Shown here in pieces: positions 16,226-25,301 of a stretch of DNA of 47,656 nt. The stretch's first letter is position 1. Every line of letters begins with the position of its first letter. The position numbers and the translations under genes are program-made. The notes under the pieces are model-generated. The model made no database searches and was not told the DNA's origin. It saw only the letters and a program-made list of their open reading frames with translations. The stretch is from Eubacteriales bacterium (GTDB lineage: Bacteria > Bacillota > Clostridia > Oscillospirales > CAG-382). The stretch is from NCBI GenBank assembly GCA_045535415.1, contig JAZSLO010000043.1, forward strand, positions 1 through 47,656. Direction: 5' to 3'.

Positions 16226-17554
16226 ATGAAACAAATGTCACACGCAAATATTATTGTTGATAACGATGCATACTTCAAGATAGATACTGTCACAAGAAAC
16301 ATTGTTGTTGAATCCGTTGACAGACCTTCGTTGATACAGTATGACCACAATTCAGAGAGACTTTCGTTTTCTGTACCAAAAGAGATCGAAGGTCATAATG
16401 TACTTGAATGCACTAAGATAGAAGTGCTTTATAAGAGCAACACAACCCCGGGTGCATCGCCCAATGTATATGAAGTTGATGATGCAGCAATAGACCAAGA
16501 GGATGACACGAAGGTTGTGTTCTCTTGGTTAGTATCACAGAACGCAACAAAGACAGTCGGTGCGATTGCTTTCCTGATTCGTTTTTCGTGCTGTGATGAT
16601 GAGGGTAATATAACTTATGTATGGAACACCTCCGTATATACCGGTGTCACAGTAAAGCTTGGAATGAATAATGGCGAAGTGCTTATAGAACAGTATGTAG
16701 ATGTACTTGAGCAGTGGAAACGAGAATTGTTTGCCATTGTGAGTGATAGTTCAAGCCATTTAAACGATACAAACAATCCCCATAAAGTTACAAAAGAGCA
16801 GATTGGTCTTGGAAAAGTTAAAAACCAAGAAAGTCCAAGTAAGACAGAATTCACAAATTTCAAGAATAAAGCTGACAGTGTTATAGATGCGGAAATTACA
16901 TGGGATTTATTCCAAGAATATGGATTTCGTGAAAATTATCAGGGAATGGACGGCTCTCCTGGAAATATCAAGACAAATTCATTTGGCGGAAGCACGGACA
17001 AGTATATTTATCCAAAGTACCCTTTGCACCCGACAATGGCTTACGGAATGTTTCATATGTGCGAAAATTTAGTTATTGCGCCTGAGGTTGATTTTTCGCA
17101 GTGTACCAATATGACAGCGGCTTTTCATACCTGTACAAAGCTTAAAAAGGTTGGCAGAGTTGAAAGCTATATTGCCATAAAAGGAAACCATATATTTACC
17201 GACGACACAAATCTCGAAACAATAGAATATATAAACTTGCCAAATGTTGCAAACTTTGAGGCAGCATTTAACGGATGTAAAAATCTTAAAAACATAAGAT
17301 TTGAAAAAGGCTCGATAAGATGCACTTCGGGCGGTAAGATTTCATTTTATTTTTGTCCGGATTTAACTATTGACAGTATAAATTCAATCTTTGACGGTCT
17401 TGGGAAAGTTTCCGGAAATCCGACTATACAGTTTGATAAAAACGGTATGAATAAAGCAAATTATGATGCAAAGTTCGGAGACGGTGCTTTTCAGACAAAA
17501 GTTGACGAGGCAAATTTTCTCGGATGGATAGTAATTCCCGATGAAAATCAGTAA
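16226..17554 (+). CDS. tail-fibre-like / BspA-type leucine-rich-repeat protein in an atypical position
   Basis: Contains NNPHKVTKEQIGLGKVKN, the same motif that occurs twice in the tail fibre 34161-35528. The C-terminal half has F.xC.NL..I.. LRR-like repeats (NLETIEYINLPNVANFEAAFNGCKNLKNIRF). Confidence 0.55.
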   Translation: MKQMSHANIIVDNDAYFKIDTVTRNIVVESVDRPSLIQYDHNSERLSFSVPKEIEGHNVLECTKIEVLYKSNTTPGASPNVYEVDDAAIDQEDDTKVVFSWLVSQNATKTVGAIAFLIRFSCCDDEGNITYVWNTSVYTGVTVKLGMNNGEVLIEQYVDVLEQWKRELFAIVSDSSSHLNDTNNPHKVTKEQIGLGKVKNQESPSKTEFTNFKNKADSVIDAEITWDLFQEYGFRENYQGMDGSPGNIKTNSFGGSTDKYIYPKYPLHPTMAYGMFHMCENLVIAPEVDFSQCTNMTAAFHTCTKLKKVGRVESYIAIKGNHIFTDDTNLETIEYINLPNVANFEAAFNGCKNLKNIRFEKGSIRCTSGGKISFYFCPDLTIDSINSIFDGLGKVSGNPTIQFDKNGMNKANYDAKFGDGAFQTKVDEANFLGWIVIPDENQ

Positions 17555-17566
17555 AGGAGATTTGAT

Positions 17567-17761
17567 ATGCAGGTAATTGAAAGAAATGTAAAAGGACACA
17601 CGCTTTATACTCTCAAGGCTGAAGAGGGAATGTATATTAGCGACGGCAATATTTACGCTAAAACAATTCATTTAGGCATAAACAGTAATGTGTCAGATTT
17701 CCACGATGTTACGGAGAAAGAGTATCAATGCAAGATTAAAAATGACAATGGCACAGAATAA
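17567..17761 (+). CDS. hypothetical small protein
   Basis: ORF with RBS AAAGGAGA. Confidence 0.35.
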   Translation: MQVIERNVKGHTLYTLKAEEGMYISDGNIYAKTIHLGINSNVSDFHDVTEKEYQCKIKNDNGTE

Positions 17762-17799
17762 AGAAGTATATTAACAATGCAGAATAAGGCGGTGATGAT

Positions 17800-19260
17800 G
17801 TGTTCAACTTTATTGACACTCTGCGAACAAAAATTGACAAAATGATAGACAAAAGACAACTGACGGATGAACAGTTTATTATCAAGGAAATAAGGAAATT
17901 CAAACAGTCACAAAGAAGAAAAGCAATGCTTGAGGGGGAAAGATACTTTGACGGAAAGCATGACATTCTGCATAGAGAAAGAACAGTTATTGGCAAAGAC
18001 GGAACATTGGAGGTTGTAGATAATCTTCCAAACAACCGAATAGTCGATAACCAGTATAAGAAAATGGTTGTTCAGAAGAACAATTATTTGTTAGGACAAC
18101 CCTTTACAATCAAGTGTGAAAATGAGGTTTATGCTAAAGTATTAAAACAGTTTTTCAATAAAAAATTCACACGAACATTAAAATCAATAGGCGAGGATTC
18201 ACTCAATGGCGGTATTGGGTGGATGTTTGTATATTACAATGAACAAGGTGAACTGTCATTTAAAAAGTTTAAACCTTTTGAAATTATCCCTGGTTGGAAG
18301 GATGCGGAACATACTGTTCTTGATTATGCAATCAGAATATATGAAGTAATTGTATATGAGGGCAAGAAAGAAGAAATAGTGCAGAAGATTGAAGTATATG
18401 ATGACAGTGGTATTTATTACTTTAAGGTTTCAAAAAGTGGTTCATTAAAGGCAACAGAGCCTTATTATCAGTATTATTTCTCAATAGATGATACACCTTA
18501 CAACTGGACAAAAATTCCGTTAATTCCCTTTAAATATAACAGTAATGAAATCCCATTGATTAAAATGGTGAAGTCCTTACAAGACGGATTAAATATTATC
18601 GAATCAAACTTCCAAAATCAAATGGAGGAAGACCCAAGAAATACAATCCTTGTTGTAGTTAACTATGACGGAGAAAATCTTGGTGAGTTTAGAAGAAACC
18701 TTGCAACATATGGTGCGGTTAAGGTAAGAACAGTTGATGGTGCTGGTGGTGATGTCAGAACACTTCAAATTGAAGTCAATGCAGAAAACTATAAGGCAAT
18801 TATTGAGATGTTCAAAAAGGCAATCATTGAGAACTGCATGGGATATGATGCAAAAGATGACAGAACACTAGGCACACCAAACCAGATGAATATACAGTCA
18901 ATGTATTCTGATATAGACCTCGATGCAAACGGCACAGAGATTGAATATCAGGCAGCATTTGAAGAGTTGCTTTGGTTTATCAATATGCACCTTCACAATG
19001 TCGGCATTGGTGATTTTGAAGGTGAAGAGGTCGAGATTATATTCAATCGTGACTTGCCGATGAATGAGGGTGAAGTAATTGATAATGTGAATAAGTCACA
19101 AGACTTGTCATTGGAAACAAGACTTGCAAAGCATCCTTATGTGAAAGATGTTCAAGCGGAACTCGACAGAATAAAAAAAGAAAAAGAAGAAAATGCAGAA
19201 CAGTATGGTAATGCATTTAATCCGGTGGTAAATAACACCGAACCAGAGGAAGAAGAATAA
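17800..19260 (+). CDS. portal protein (SPP1 gp6-like)
   Basis: Size, position and the N-terminal ..RRKAMLEGERYFDGKHDIL.R.R pattern typical of SPP1-type portals. Confidence 0.88.
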   Translation: MFNFIDTLRTKIDKMIDKRQLTDEQFIIKEIRKFKQSQRRKAMLEGERYFDGKHDILHRERTVIGKDGTLEVVDNLPNNRIVDNQYKKMVVQKNNYLLGQPFTIKCENEVYAKVLKQFFNKKFTRTLKSIGEDSLNGGIGWMFVYYNEQGELSFKKFKPFEIIPGWKDAEHTVLDYAIRIYEVIVYEGKKEEIVQKIEVYDDSGIYYFKVSKSGSLKATEPYYQYYFSIDDTPYNWTKIPLIPFKYNSNEIPLIKMVKSLQDGLNIIESNFQNQMEEDPRNTILVVVNYDGENLGEFRRNLATYGAVKVRTVDGAGGDVRTLQIEVNAENYKAIIEMFKKAIIENCMGYDAKDDRTLGTPNQMNIQSMYSDIDLDANGTEIEYQAAFEELLWFINMHLHNVGIGDFEGEEVEIIFNRDLPMNEGEVIDNVNKSQDLSLETRLAKHPYVKDVQAELDRIKKEKEENAEQYGNAFNPVVNNTEPEEEE

Positions 19261-19305
19261 CAGTTGAAAAGCACTCAATAATCGGGTGCTTTTCTTTTTG
19301 GAAAA

Positions 19306-21033
19306 GTGGTGAGTGCAATAGCAAACAAAACATCAGAATACTGGAAGAAAAGATTTGAAGTATTAGAATCTGCATCAAATTCTTATGGTATAAACGCATA
19401 CAGACAAATAGAACCTGCCTTTGAAATAGCACAGAGACAGATAGAACAAGAGATTGATATTTGGTATGGTAGATTTGCAAAAAACAATGCTGTCACCATT
19501 GATGAGGCAAGAAAGTTTTTAACCTCTGCGGAACTGAAAGAATTTAAATGGGATGTTCAAGAATACATCAAATATGGTCGAGAAAACGCAATAGACCAGA
19601 TGTGGATGAAAGAACTTGAAAATGCATCTGCAAAGTTCCATATATCAAGGCTTGAGGCCTTAAAGATAAGAACGCAGAACGCAGCAGAGGTCGCATTCGG
19701 GAATGAACTTGATGAAATAGATGCAATGGCAAGAAAGGTCTATACAGACAACTATTACCGGAGCATATTTGAAGTGCAGAAAGGTTTCAATGTCGGCTGG
19801 GATATTGGTCAGATTGATAAGAAGAAATTGTCGAACATTATATCGAAACCCTGGGCAGCAGACGGAAAGAACTTCTCCGAAAGAATATGGGGACAAAGAA
19901 CCCAGCTTGTAAATGAACTGCACCAACAGTTAACGAGAACTTGTGTATTAGGAAAGTCACCTGACAGTGCAATAGAAGCCATTGCAAAGAAGTTTGATGT
20001 AACAAAAAATCAAGCAGGTCGGCTTGTAATGACAGAACAGGCATATTTCCACTCTGTATCACAAAAAGAAGCGTTCAATGACCTTGATGTAGAAGAATTT
20101 GAGATAGTGGCAACACTTGATTCGCATACTTCTGATATATGTCAAGAAATGGATGGGAAAAATTTCCCGATGAAAGACTATCAACCTGGTGTTACTGCCC
20201 CACCTTTTCATGTTTGGTGCAGGTCGGTTACAGTTCCTTATTTTGACGATGATTTCTCGCCCGGAGAACGAGCAGCGAGAGATTCAGAAGGCAATACATA
20301 TTATGTGCCCGATGATATGACATATAAGGACTGGGCAAAAGAACATATTATCGATGCCAATTATGGTCAATATGGGATGACAACCGATGCGGAGCAATAT
20401 GAACGATATAAGTCCGTATTAAAAGATATTTCACCTAATTCATTTGAAAAGTTCAAAGATATCAAGTATAATGATAGTAAACAATGGGGTACTTTAAAAC
20501 ACCAGTATAGAATTGTCAATCAGTACAAGGTTGACAGTGGTGATGTGTCGGTTCAAAAAATACTTGATATGGATGAGAAAATCATCAAAGAAAAAAGAAA
20601 TAACTTCCCTAGTGCTTTTAAAAAGTCAGGCAATATTGCTGGTGCATACATCGATAACGAAGAAACCCTATATATAGCACACAGTCAAATCGACGATGTA
20701 GGCAGCAAGGGTTTAAAAAATTACAAAGGAAATTCTCAAGTTGTCTTGTTGAACCCAAATCGCAATTTTGAGTATATTGATGTAGTGAACCCTGATGGTT
20801 CAATAAGAGGGGGAACATATCATGACACAGAAGCAAAGTTATTTGAAGAATTTCATTTACTGTTACAAACGAAAAACATCAGTGAAATAACAATGCTATC
20901 TGAAAGAGGGATGTGTGAAAGTTGTGTTGGTGTAATGGAGCAATTTAAAAAGGCACACCCAAATGTCAAGGTGAATGTTGTTTCAAACAAAAAGGTCAAT
21001 GCAAATGTGTGGAAATATAGATTAAGGAAGTGA
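19306..21033 (+). CDS. MuF/SPP1 gp7-type head morphogenesis protein fused to a C-terminal deaminase-like toxin domain
   Basis: N-terminal two thirds carry the gp7 signature (TLDSHTSDICQEMDGK..PPFHVWCRS). The C-terminal ~145 aa carry YHDTEAKL-x-MCESCVGVMEQFKKAHPNVKVNVV, i.e. an (H/D)xE...CxxC spacing as in deaminase-fold toxins. Confidence 0.75.
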   Translation: MVSAIANKTSEYWKKRFEVLESASNSYGINAYRQIEPAFEIAQRQIEQEIDIWYGRFAKNNAVTIDEARKFLTSAELKEFKWDVQEYIKYGRENAIDQMWMKELENASAKFHISRLEALKIRTQNAAEVAFGNELDEIDAMARKVYTDNYYRSIFEVQKGFNVGWDIGQIDKKKLSNIISKPWAADGKNFSERIWGQRTQLVNELHQQLTRTCVLGKSPDSAIEAIAKKFDVTKNQAGRLVMTEQAYFHSVSQKEAFNDLDVEEFEIVATLDSHTSDICQEMDGKNFPMKDYQPGVTAPPFHVWCRSVTVPYFDDDFSPGERAARDSEGNTYYVPDDMTYKDWAKEHIIDANYGQYGMTTDAEQYERYKSVLKDISPNSFEKFKDIKYNDSKQWGTLKHQYRIVNQYKVDSGDVSVQKILDMDEKIIKEKRNNFPSAFKKSGNIAGAYIDNEETLYIAHSQIDDVGSKGLKNYKGNSQVVLLNPNRNFEYIDVVNPDGSIRGGTYHDTEAKLFEEFHLLLQTKNISEITMLSERGMCESCVGVMEQFKKAHPNVKVNVVSNKKVNANVWKYRLRK

Positions 21034-21389
21034 TTCAAGTGAAAAAGTTTGTATCTGAAGAAGAATCATATTATAACGATTATAAGGAAGCGTTCAACAG
21101 ATTTATAGGATATAGTTCTGGTTTCAAAGAAGGCAGAACTCTTGAGAACTCGTATTTTTATATCTATGCAGGTGATGAGGTAGAAAGTGATGAACATTTA
21201 AGACTTTGTATTATATTACCGCTAATCAAATATGAAATTGAAAACAACTTATTGACAAAAGAATTACTTGAAGAACTTGAAATCTATTATGAAGACTTCA
21301 ATAACGGAGAATTTGATGAAGTTCTATATGAACACGAATACGATGAAATAAAAAAAGATTTGTATTGGTGTTTTGAGAACAGAAAATAA
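21030..21389 (+). CDS. putative immunity protein for the MuF-fused toxin
   Basis: Small acidic ORF whose start overlaps the toxin stop codon. Followed by a 360-bp non-coding stretch with terminators. Confidence 0.5.
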   Translation: MIQVKKFVSEEESYYNDYKEAFNRFIGYSSGFKEGRTLENSYFYIYAGDEVESDEHLRLCIILPLIKYEIENNLLTKELLEELEIYYEDFNNGEFDEVLYEHEYDEIKKDLYWCFENRK

Positions 21390-21459
21390 AAAACATTTAA
21401 CATAACGCAACGCACCACAGGGCAATCCTGGGGGGCAACAAGGCATTTTAATAACACAA

Positions 21460-21487
21460 GCACCCAAAAGTATAGGGTGCTTTTATT
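21460..21487 (+). terminator. intrinsic terminator
   Basis: Stem GCACCC/GGGTGC with a 9-nt loop, followed by TTTTATT. Confidence 0.6.
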
Positions 21488-21521
21488 ATGCCGTAAAAAC
21501 GGCAAAACAAGGCAAATATAG

Positions 21522-21560
21522 GGCATTGTGAAACGCTATGTTTCATAGTGCCTCTTTTTA
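21522..21560 (+). terminator. intrinsic terminator
   Basis: 13-bp stem GGCATTGTGAAAC/GTTTCATAGTGCC (two G-U pairs), loop GCTAT, followed by TCTTTTTA. Confidence 0.55.
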
Positions 21561-21753
21561 TGCACATTTTTAATTAGGTTAGAAACCTTGGTGTGATTAG
21601 ACAAAAAGGACAACTCATTCAACTTGCTTTTTCAATCATCACACCGGGGTTTTTAATATATCCGTCTTTTTGGTATTGTAGACGAAAAAGAGCAAGACAA
21701 ATAGAACTGGACTGAACCAGGTAAAAAATGAATTTGAAAGGACTGTTAAGGCA

Positions 21754-22377
21754 ATGAAAAAAGAAGATTTTGTGAAATTAGGTATCGATGAAGAGACCGC
21801 AAAGAAACTTGAAACTGCTTCACAGGAAGAATTGAAAGGTTACATTCCGAAAGCACGATTTGACGAAGTGAACACCGCAAAGAATACAGCAGAAGCACTC
21901 GTCAAGGAACGAGACGGACAGATTGAAACCTTGAAGAATTCCGCCGGTGATGTAACCGAACTAAAAAAGCAGATTGAAACAATGCAGAATGACAACAAGG
22001 CAAAAGACGAGGCATACGCAGCGGAAATTAAGAAGTTAAAGACCGATAATGCGGTTAAGTCTGCTCTTGTTAATGCAAAAGCAAAAAACGAGGTTGCTGT
22101 TATGGCTCTTCTCAAAGACCTTGACAAAGCGGAATTTAACGATGACGGAACAATCAAAGGTCTTGATGAACAGATTACTGCAATCAAAAAGTCCGATGCA
22201 TACCTTTTTGAAACAAACGAACCCAAAAAGACACAGGTAAAGGGTGCGGTTCTTGGTGAACCCACTGACCCGGATACCAAAGGTCTTACAAAAGAACAGT
22301 TCAACAAAATGTCATACAAGGACAAGTTGAACCTGTACAACGAAAACAAAGATTTATATGATTCCTTAAAGGAATAA
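21754..22377 (+). CDS. scaffolding protein (GP20-like)
   Basis: Coiled-coil K/E-rich protein directly upstream of the major capsid gene. The N-terminal F.KLGIDEETAKK...IPKARFDEV pattern is typical of the GP20 family. Confidence 0.7.
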   Translation: MKKEDFVKLGIDEETAKKLETASQEELKGYIPKARFDEVNTAKNTAEALVKERDGQIETLKNSAGDVTELKKQIETMQNDNKAKDEAYAAEIKKLKTDNAVKSALVNAKAKNEVAVMALLKDLDKAEFNDDGTIKGLDEQITAIKKSDAYLFETNEPKKTQVKGAVLGEPTDPDTKGLTKEQFNKMSYKDKLNLYNENKDLYDSLKE

Positions 22378-22396
22378 TGAAAGGACGGAAAAGATT

Positions 22397-23275
22397 ATGG
22401 CACAGACAAAGTTAGAAAACCTTATAAACCCCGAAGTAATGGCTGACATAATTTCAGCAACACTTCCGAAGAAGATTAAGTTTTCACCTATTGCTCATAT
22501 TGACACAACACTTGTTGGTAGAGCTGGTGACACAATTACAATTCCCAAGTATGCATATATCGGTGATGCAGAAGATGTTGCAGAAGGTGTGGCAATGGGT
22601 ACAACAGTACTTACAGCATCTTCTACACAGGCAAAAATCAAGAAGGCTGGTAAGGCAGTTGAAATCACAGACGAATCTGCTCTTTCCGGCTATGGTGATG
22701 CAGTTGGCGAAGCAACAAGACAGATTACACTTGCTGTTGGCTCAAAGGTTGACACAGACTGTTATGAAGAACTTTGCAAGGCAACTCTTACATATGACGG
22801 TTCTGCAGGTCAGATTGGTTATGATGGCATTGTAAAGGCAAATACAAAGTTTGAAGATGAAGTTGATGAAGGTCTTGAAAAGGTACTCTTCATTCATCCT
22901 CTTCAGGAAGAAACACTTCTTCTCGATGAAAACTTCAAGTCAAAGGATAAATATCCTCTTGATGTAGTAATGAACGGTGTAATCGGTAAGGTTGCAAGTT
23001 GTCAGGTTGTTAAGTCCAAGAAGGTTAAGGATGACGGCAACGGCAACTGGCTCAATCCTATTGTTATAGTTTCAAAGGCTGATGCAAACGAAGACCCCGG
23101 TGCAGATGGTGTTGGAACAGCAGATTCAGCAATTACAATTTATCTTAAGAGAAATGTTGAAGTTGAAACAGATAGAGACATTCTTGCAAAGACAACAGTT
23201 ATTTCTGCTGATGAACATTACACAGCAAAACTTACAAACGAATCAAAGGTAGTTCTTGCAAAGTTTAAGAAGTAA
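22397..23275 (+). CDS. major capsid protein
   Basis: Position after the scaffold gene, size, and the LINPEVMAD.I...L...IKF.P pattern of N4-gp56-like capsid proteins. Confidence 0.8.
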   Translation: MAQTKLENLINPEVMADIISATLPKKIKFSPIAHIDTTLVGRAGDTITIPKYAYIGDAEDVAEGVAMGTTVLTASSTQAKIKKAGKAVEITDESALSGYGDAVGEATRQITLAVGSKVDTDCYEELCKATLTYDGSAGQIGYDGIVKANTKFEDEVDEGLEKVLFIHPLQEETLLLDENFKSKDKYPLDVVMNGVIGKVASCQVVKSKKVKDDGNGNWLNPIVIVSKADANEDPGADGVGTADSAITIYLKRNVEVETDRDILAKTTVISADEHYTAKLTNESKVVLAKFKK

Positions 23276-23420
23276 TGAGGTGAATCGTTATGTTGTTAAG
23301 ACGATATAGAGAAACGATTAAACCCAAGACAGAAGAAAAGCCTGTTGAAAAACCCAAGACAGAAAAAAAGCCAAGCGAGGGCAAAACCACTTCAAAGAAA
23401 AAATAAAGGTGTGATATTGC

Positions 23421-23873
23421 ATGGATGAAAGAATGATGATAATCTTTGCAAATATCTCAAGCATTATGAAAAACTCCAGCCTTTCGGAATTGTTTTATGA
23501 ATCGGTTCTGAAAAGGCTGGTGTCTTTCGGGTATGTCCTGAAAGAGAGTGATGCTTGGGAAATATGCTTTGCAATGCAAAAGGTCGAAAATCATATCAAG
23601 AATTCTTGCAACTGCACTTCTGTTCCTGATGGATTATTCAATGTGGCGGTTGATGTTGTTTGTGGAGAGTTTCTATTCGCAAGGAAACAAACAGGTCAGT
23701 TGGAATTGAACGATTTGGATTTAACTGGTGCAATAACGAGCATTAAAGAAGGAGACACAAGTGTGAATTTTGGTAGCGGTTCTTCGGAAGAAGAAAAACT
23801 CACTGTGTTTCTGAATATGTTAATGCACAGTATGGAAGGTGATTTATTATGTTACCGAAAAATGCAATGGTAA
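23421..23873 (+). CDS. head-tail connector/adaptor protein (putative)
   Basis: Position in the head-completion block. Confidence 0.45.
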   Translation: MDERMMIIFANISSIMKNSSLSELFYESVLKRLVSFGYVLKESDAWEICFAMQKVENHIKNSCNCTSVPDGLFNVAVDVVCGEFLFARKQTGQLELNDLDLTGAITSIKEGDTSVNFGSGSSEEEKLTVFLNMLMHSMEGDLLCYRKMQW

Positions 23874-24223
23874 GAGCAAGAAAAGTTCTGGAGACCTTGT
23901 ACGATGGCAGATGTACAATCACTGAACACCAGAAAATCAAAAATCCTAATAAAACCACTGGTTGTGCTGATGTAGTGGTGTTGGAAGATGTGCCTTGCAG
24001 GTTGTCATTCAGTACTGTAACTAATGCAAATCAAACGGAAACCGGTGCATCTGTTGTTCAAACCACAAAGGTGTTTCTTGCACCTGAAATCACTGTAAAA
24101 CCTGGTTCAAAGTTGACTGTCACACAAAATGGTGTGACCACTGAATACAAGTCAAGTGGTGTACCTGCTTTTTATAGTACGCACCAAGAAATTGGTGTGG
24201 AACTATTCAAGGGGTGGGCATAG
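23867..24223 (+). CDS. head closure protein (putative)
   Basis: Position and size. The pattern ..YDGRCTI......K......VPCR.. is typical of head-closure proteins. Confidence 0.5.
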   Translation: MVRARKVLETLYDGRCTITEHQKIKNPNKTTGCADVVVLEDVPCRLSFSTVTNANQTETGASVVQTTKVFLAPEITVKPGSKLTVTQNGVTTEYKSSGVPAFYSTHQEIGVELFKGWA

Positions 24224-24693
24224 TGGCAAAAAACGGCAATGTGAATGTCCGGGAACTTGAAGAATTCAGAAGAAAAATAAATTCAAAACTTGGTGCAAAT
24301 CAAGTCAATGCATTTATAGAATCTTGTGCAAAGGAACTTGCAGCGAGGCTTTTGGCAAAGGTTATTAAAAGAACACCGACAGGGGTGTATCCGGCATGGA
24401 CTGGCGAAAAAGGTGGAACATTAAAGAGAGGGTGGACGGGTGAAAAAAGCCAAGGGGCATCTTCTTATGTGGGCAACCTTAAAGTAAATCACTATGGCGG
24501 TGTATATGTTATTGAAATCATCAATCCTGTCGAGTATGCCTCTTATGTGGAATTCGGCCACAGAACAAGAGGCGGTGCAGGTTGGGTTGAGGGTAAATTT
24601 ATGTTGACATTATCAGAACAAGAGATTCAGGCAGCATCTTCAAAGATACTAGAGGCAAAACTTAAAAAATACTTGGAGGAATGTTTCAAATGA
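24214..24693 (+). CDS. HK97 gp10-family neck protein
   Basis: ..YASYVEFGHRTRGG.. motif. GTG start. Confidence 0.6.
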   Translation: MGIVAKNGNVNVRELEEFRRKINSKLGANQVNAFIESCAKELAARLLAKVIKRTPTGVYPAWTGEKGGTLKRGWTGEKSQGASSYVGNLKVNHYGGVYVIEIINPVEYASYVEFGHRTRGGAGWVEGKFMLTLSEQEIQAASSKILEAKLKKYLEECFK

Positions 24694-25115
24694 TAAATCA
24701 AATTATCGATGGAATATGTGTTGCCATAAACTCTTCTTTTGGTGACGATTACGAAATTTACACTGAATCGGTAGAGCAAGGTTTACAAGAGCCTTGCTTT
24801 TCTATTGTGTGTTTAAACCCAACAACAGACCAATTTCTTGGTACACGATATTTCAGACAGAATCAGTTTTGTATTCATTACTTTCCTTCATCTAAAGATA
24901 AAAGAGCAGAGTATTATTCCGTTATTGAAAAACTGAATGATGCACTTGAAATTATCGATGTTGAAGGAGTAAAAATCAGAGGAACAAATATGAATGCTGA
25001 AATTGTGGATGATATGCTTCACTTCTTTGTGAATTACGATATGTTTGTCTATAAGCAAAAAGAACCCATTCCAAATATGGAAACTGCAGCTTATGGAACA
25101 GAAGTAAAGGAATGA
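24681..25115 (+). CDS. tail completion/terminator-like protein (putative)
   Basis: Position upstream of the sheath gene. Confidence 0.4.
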   Translation: MFQMINQIIDGICVAINSSFGDDYEIYTESVEQGLQEPCFSIVCLNPTTDQFLGTRYFRQNQFCIHYFPSSKDKRAEYYSVIEKLNDALEIIDVEGVKIRGTNMNAEIVDDMLHFFVNYDMFVYKQKEPIPNMETAAYGTEVKE

Positions 25116-25300
25116 TGATGATGAAAAAGACAGAAAAAAAGCAAGAAAAAGTTGTATTCACCAAAGAACAAATTCTTGCTTCAAAAAAATATTCAAATAG
25201 AAGAGATGTGCTTAATGCAATTCTCCCGGATGATTTTCAGGGAACATTGAAAGAGGTGGATTCTCTTCTTTGTAAGTTTATGAAAGGAAAGGTGAACTAA
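25112..25300 (+). CDS. hypothetical small protein
   Basis: ORF with start/stop overlap to its neighbours. Confidence 0.3.
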   Translation: MMMMKKTEKKQEKVVFTKEQILASKKYSNRRDVLNAILPDDFQGTLKEVDSLLCKFMKGKVN

Positions 25301-25301
25301 T

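Noticed and set aside
21588-21647. Long-range inverted repeat GGTGTGAT ... ATCACACC in the non-coding stretch before the scaffold gene.
   Set aside because: The stem is only 8 bp with a ~45-nt loop. It cannot be distinguished from chance without covariation data.
23290-23406. 38-aa Lys/Pro/Glu-rich ORF between the capsid and connector genes.
   Set aside because: It is low-complexity with no clear RBS. It could be real, but it is unsupported.
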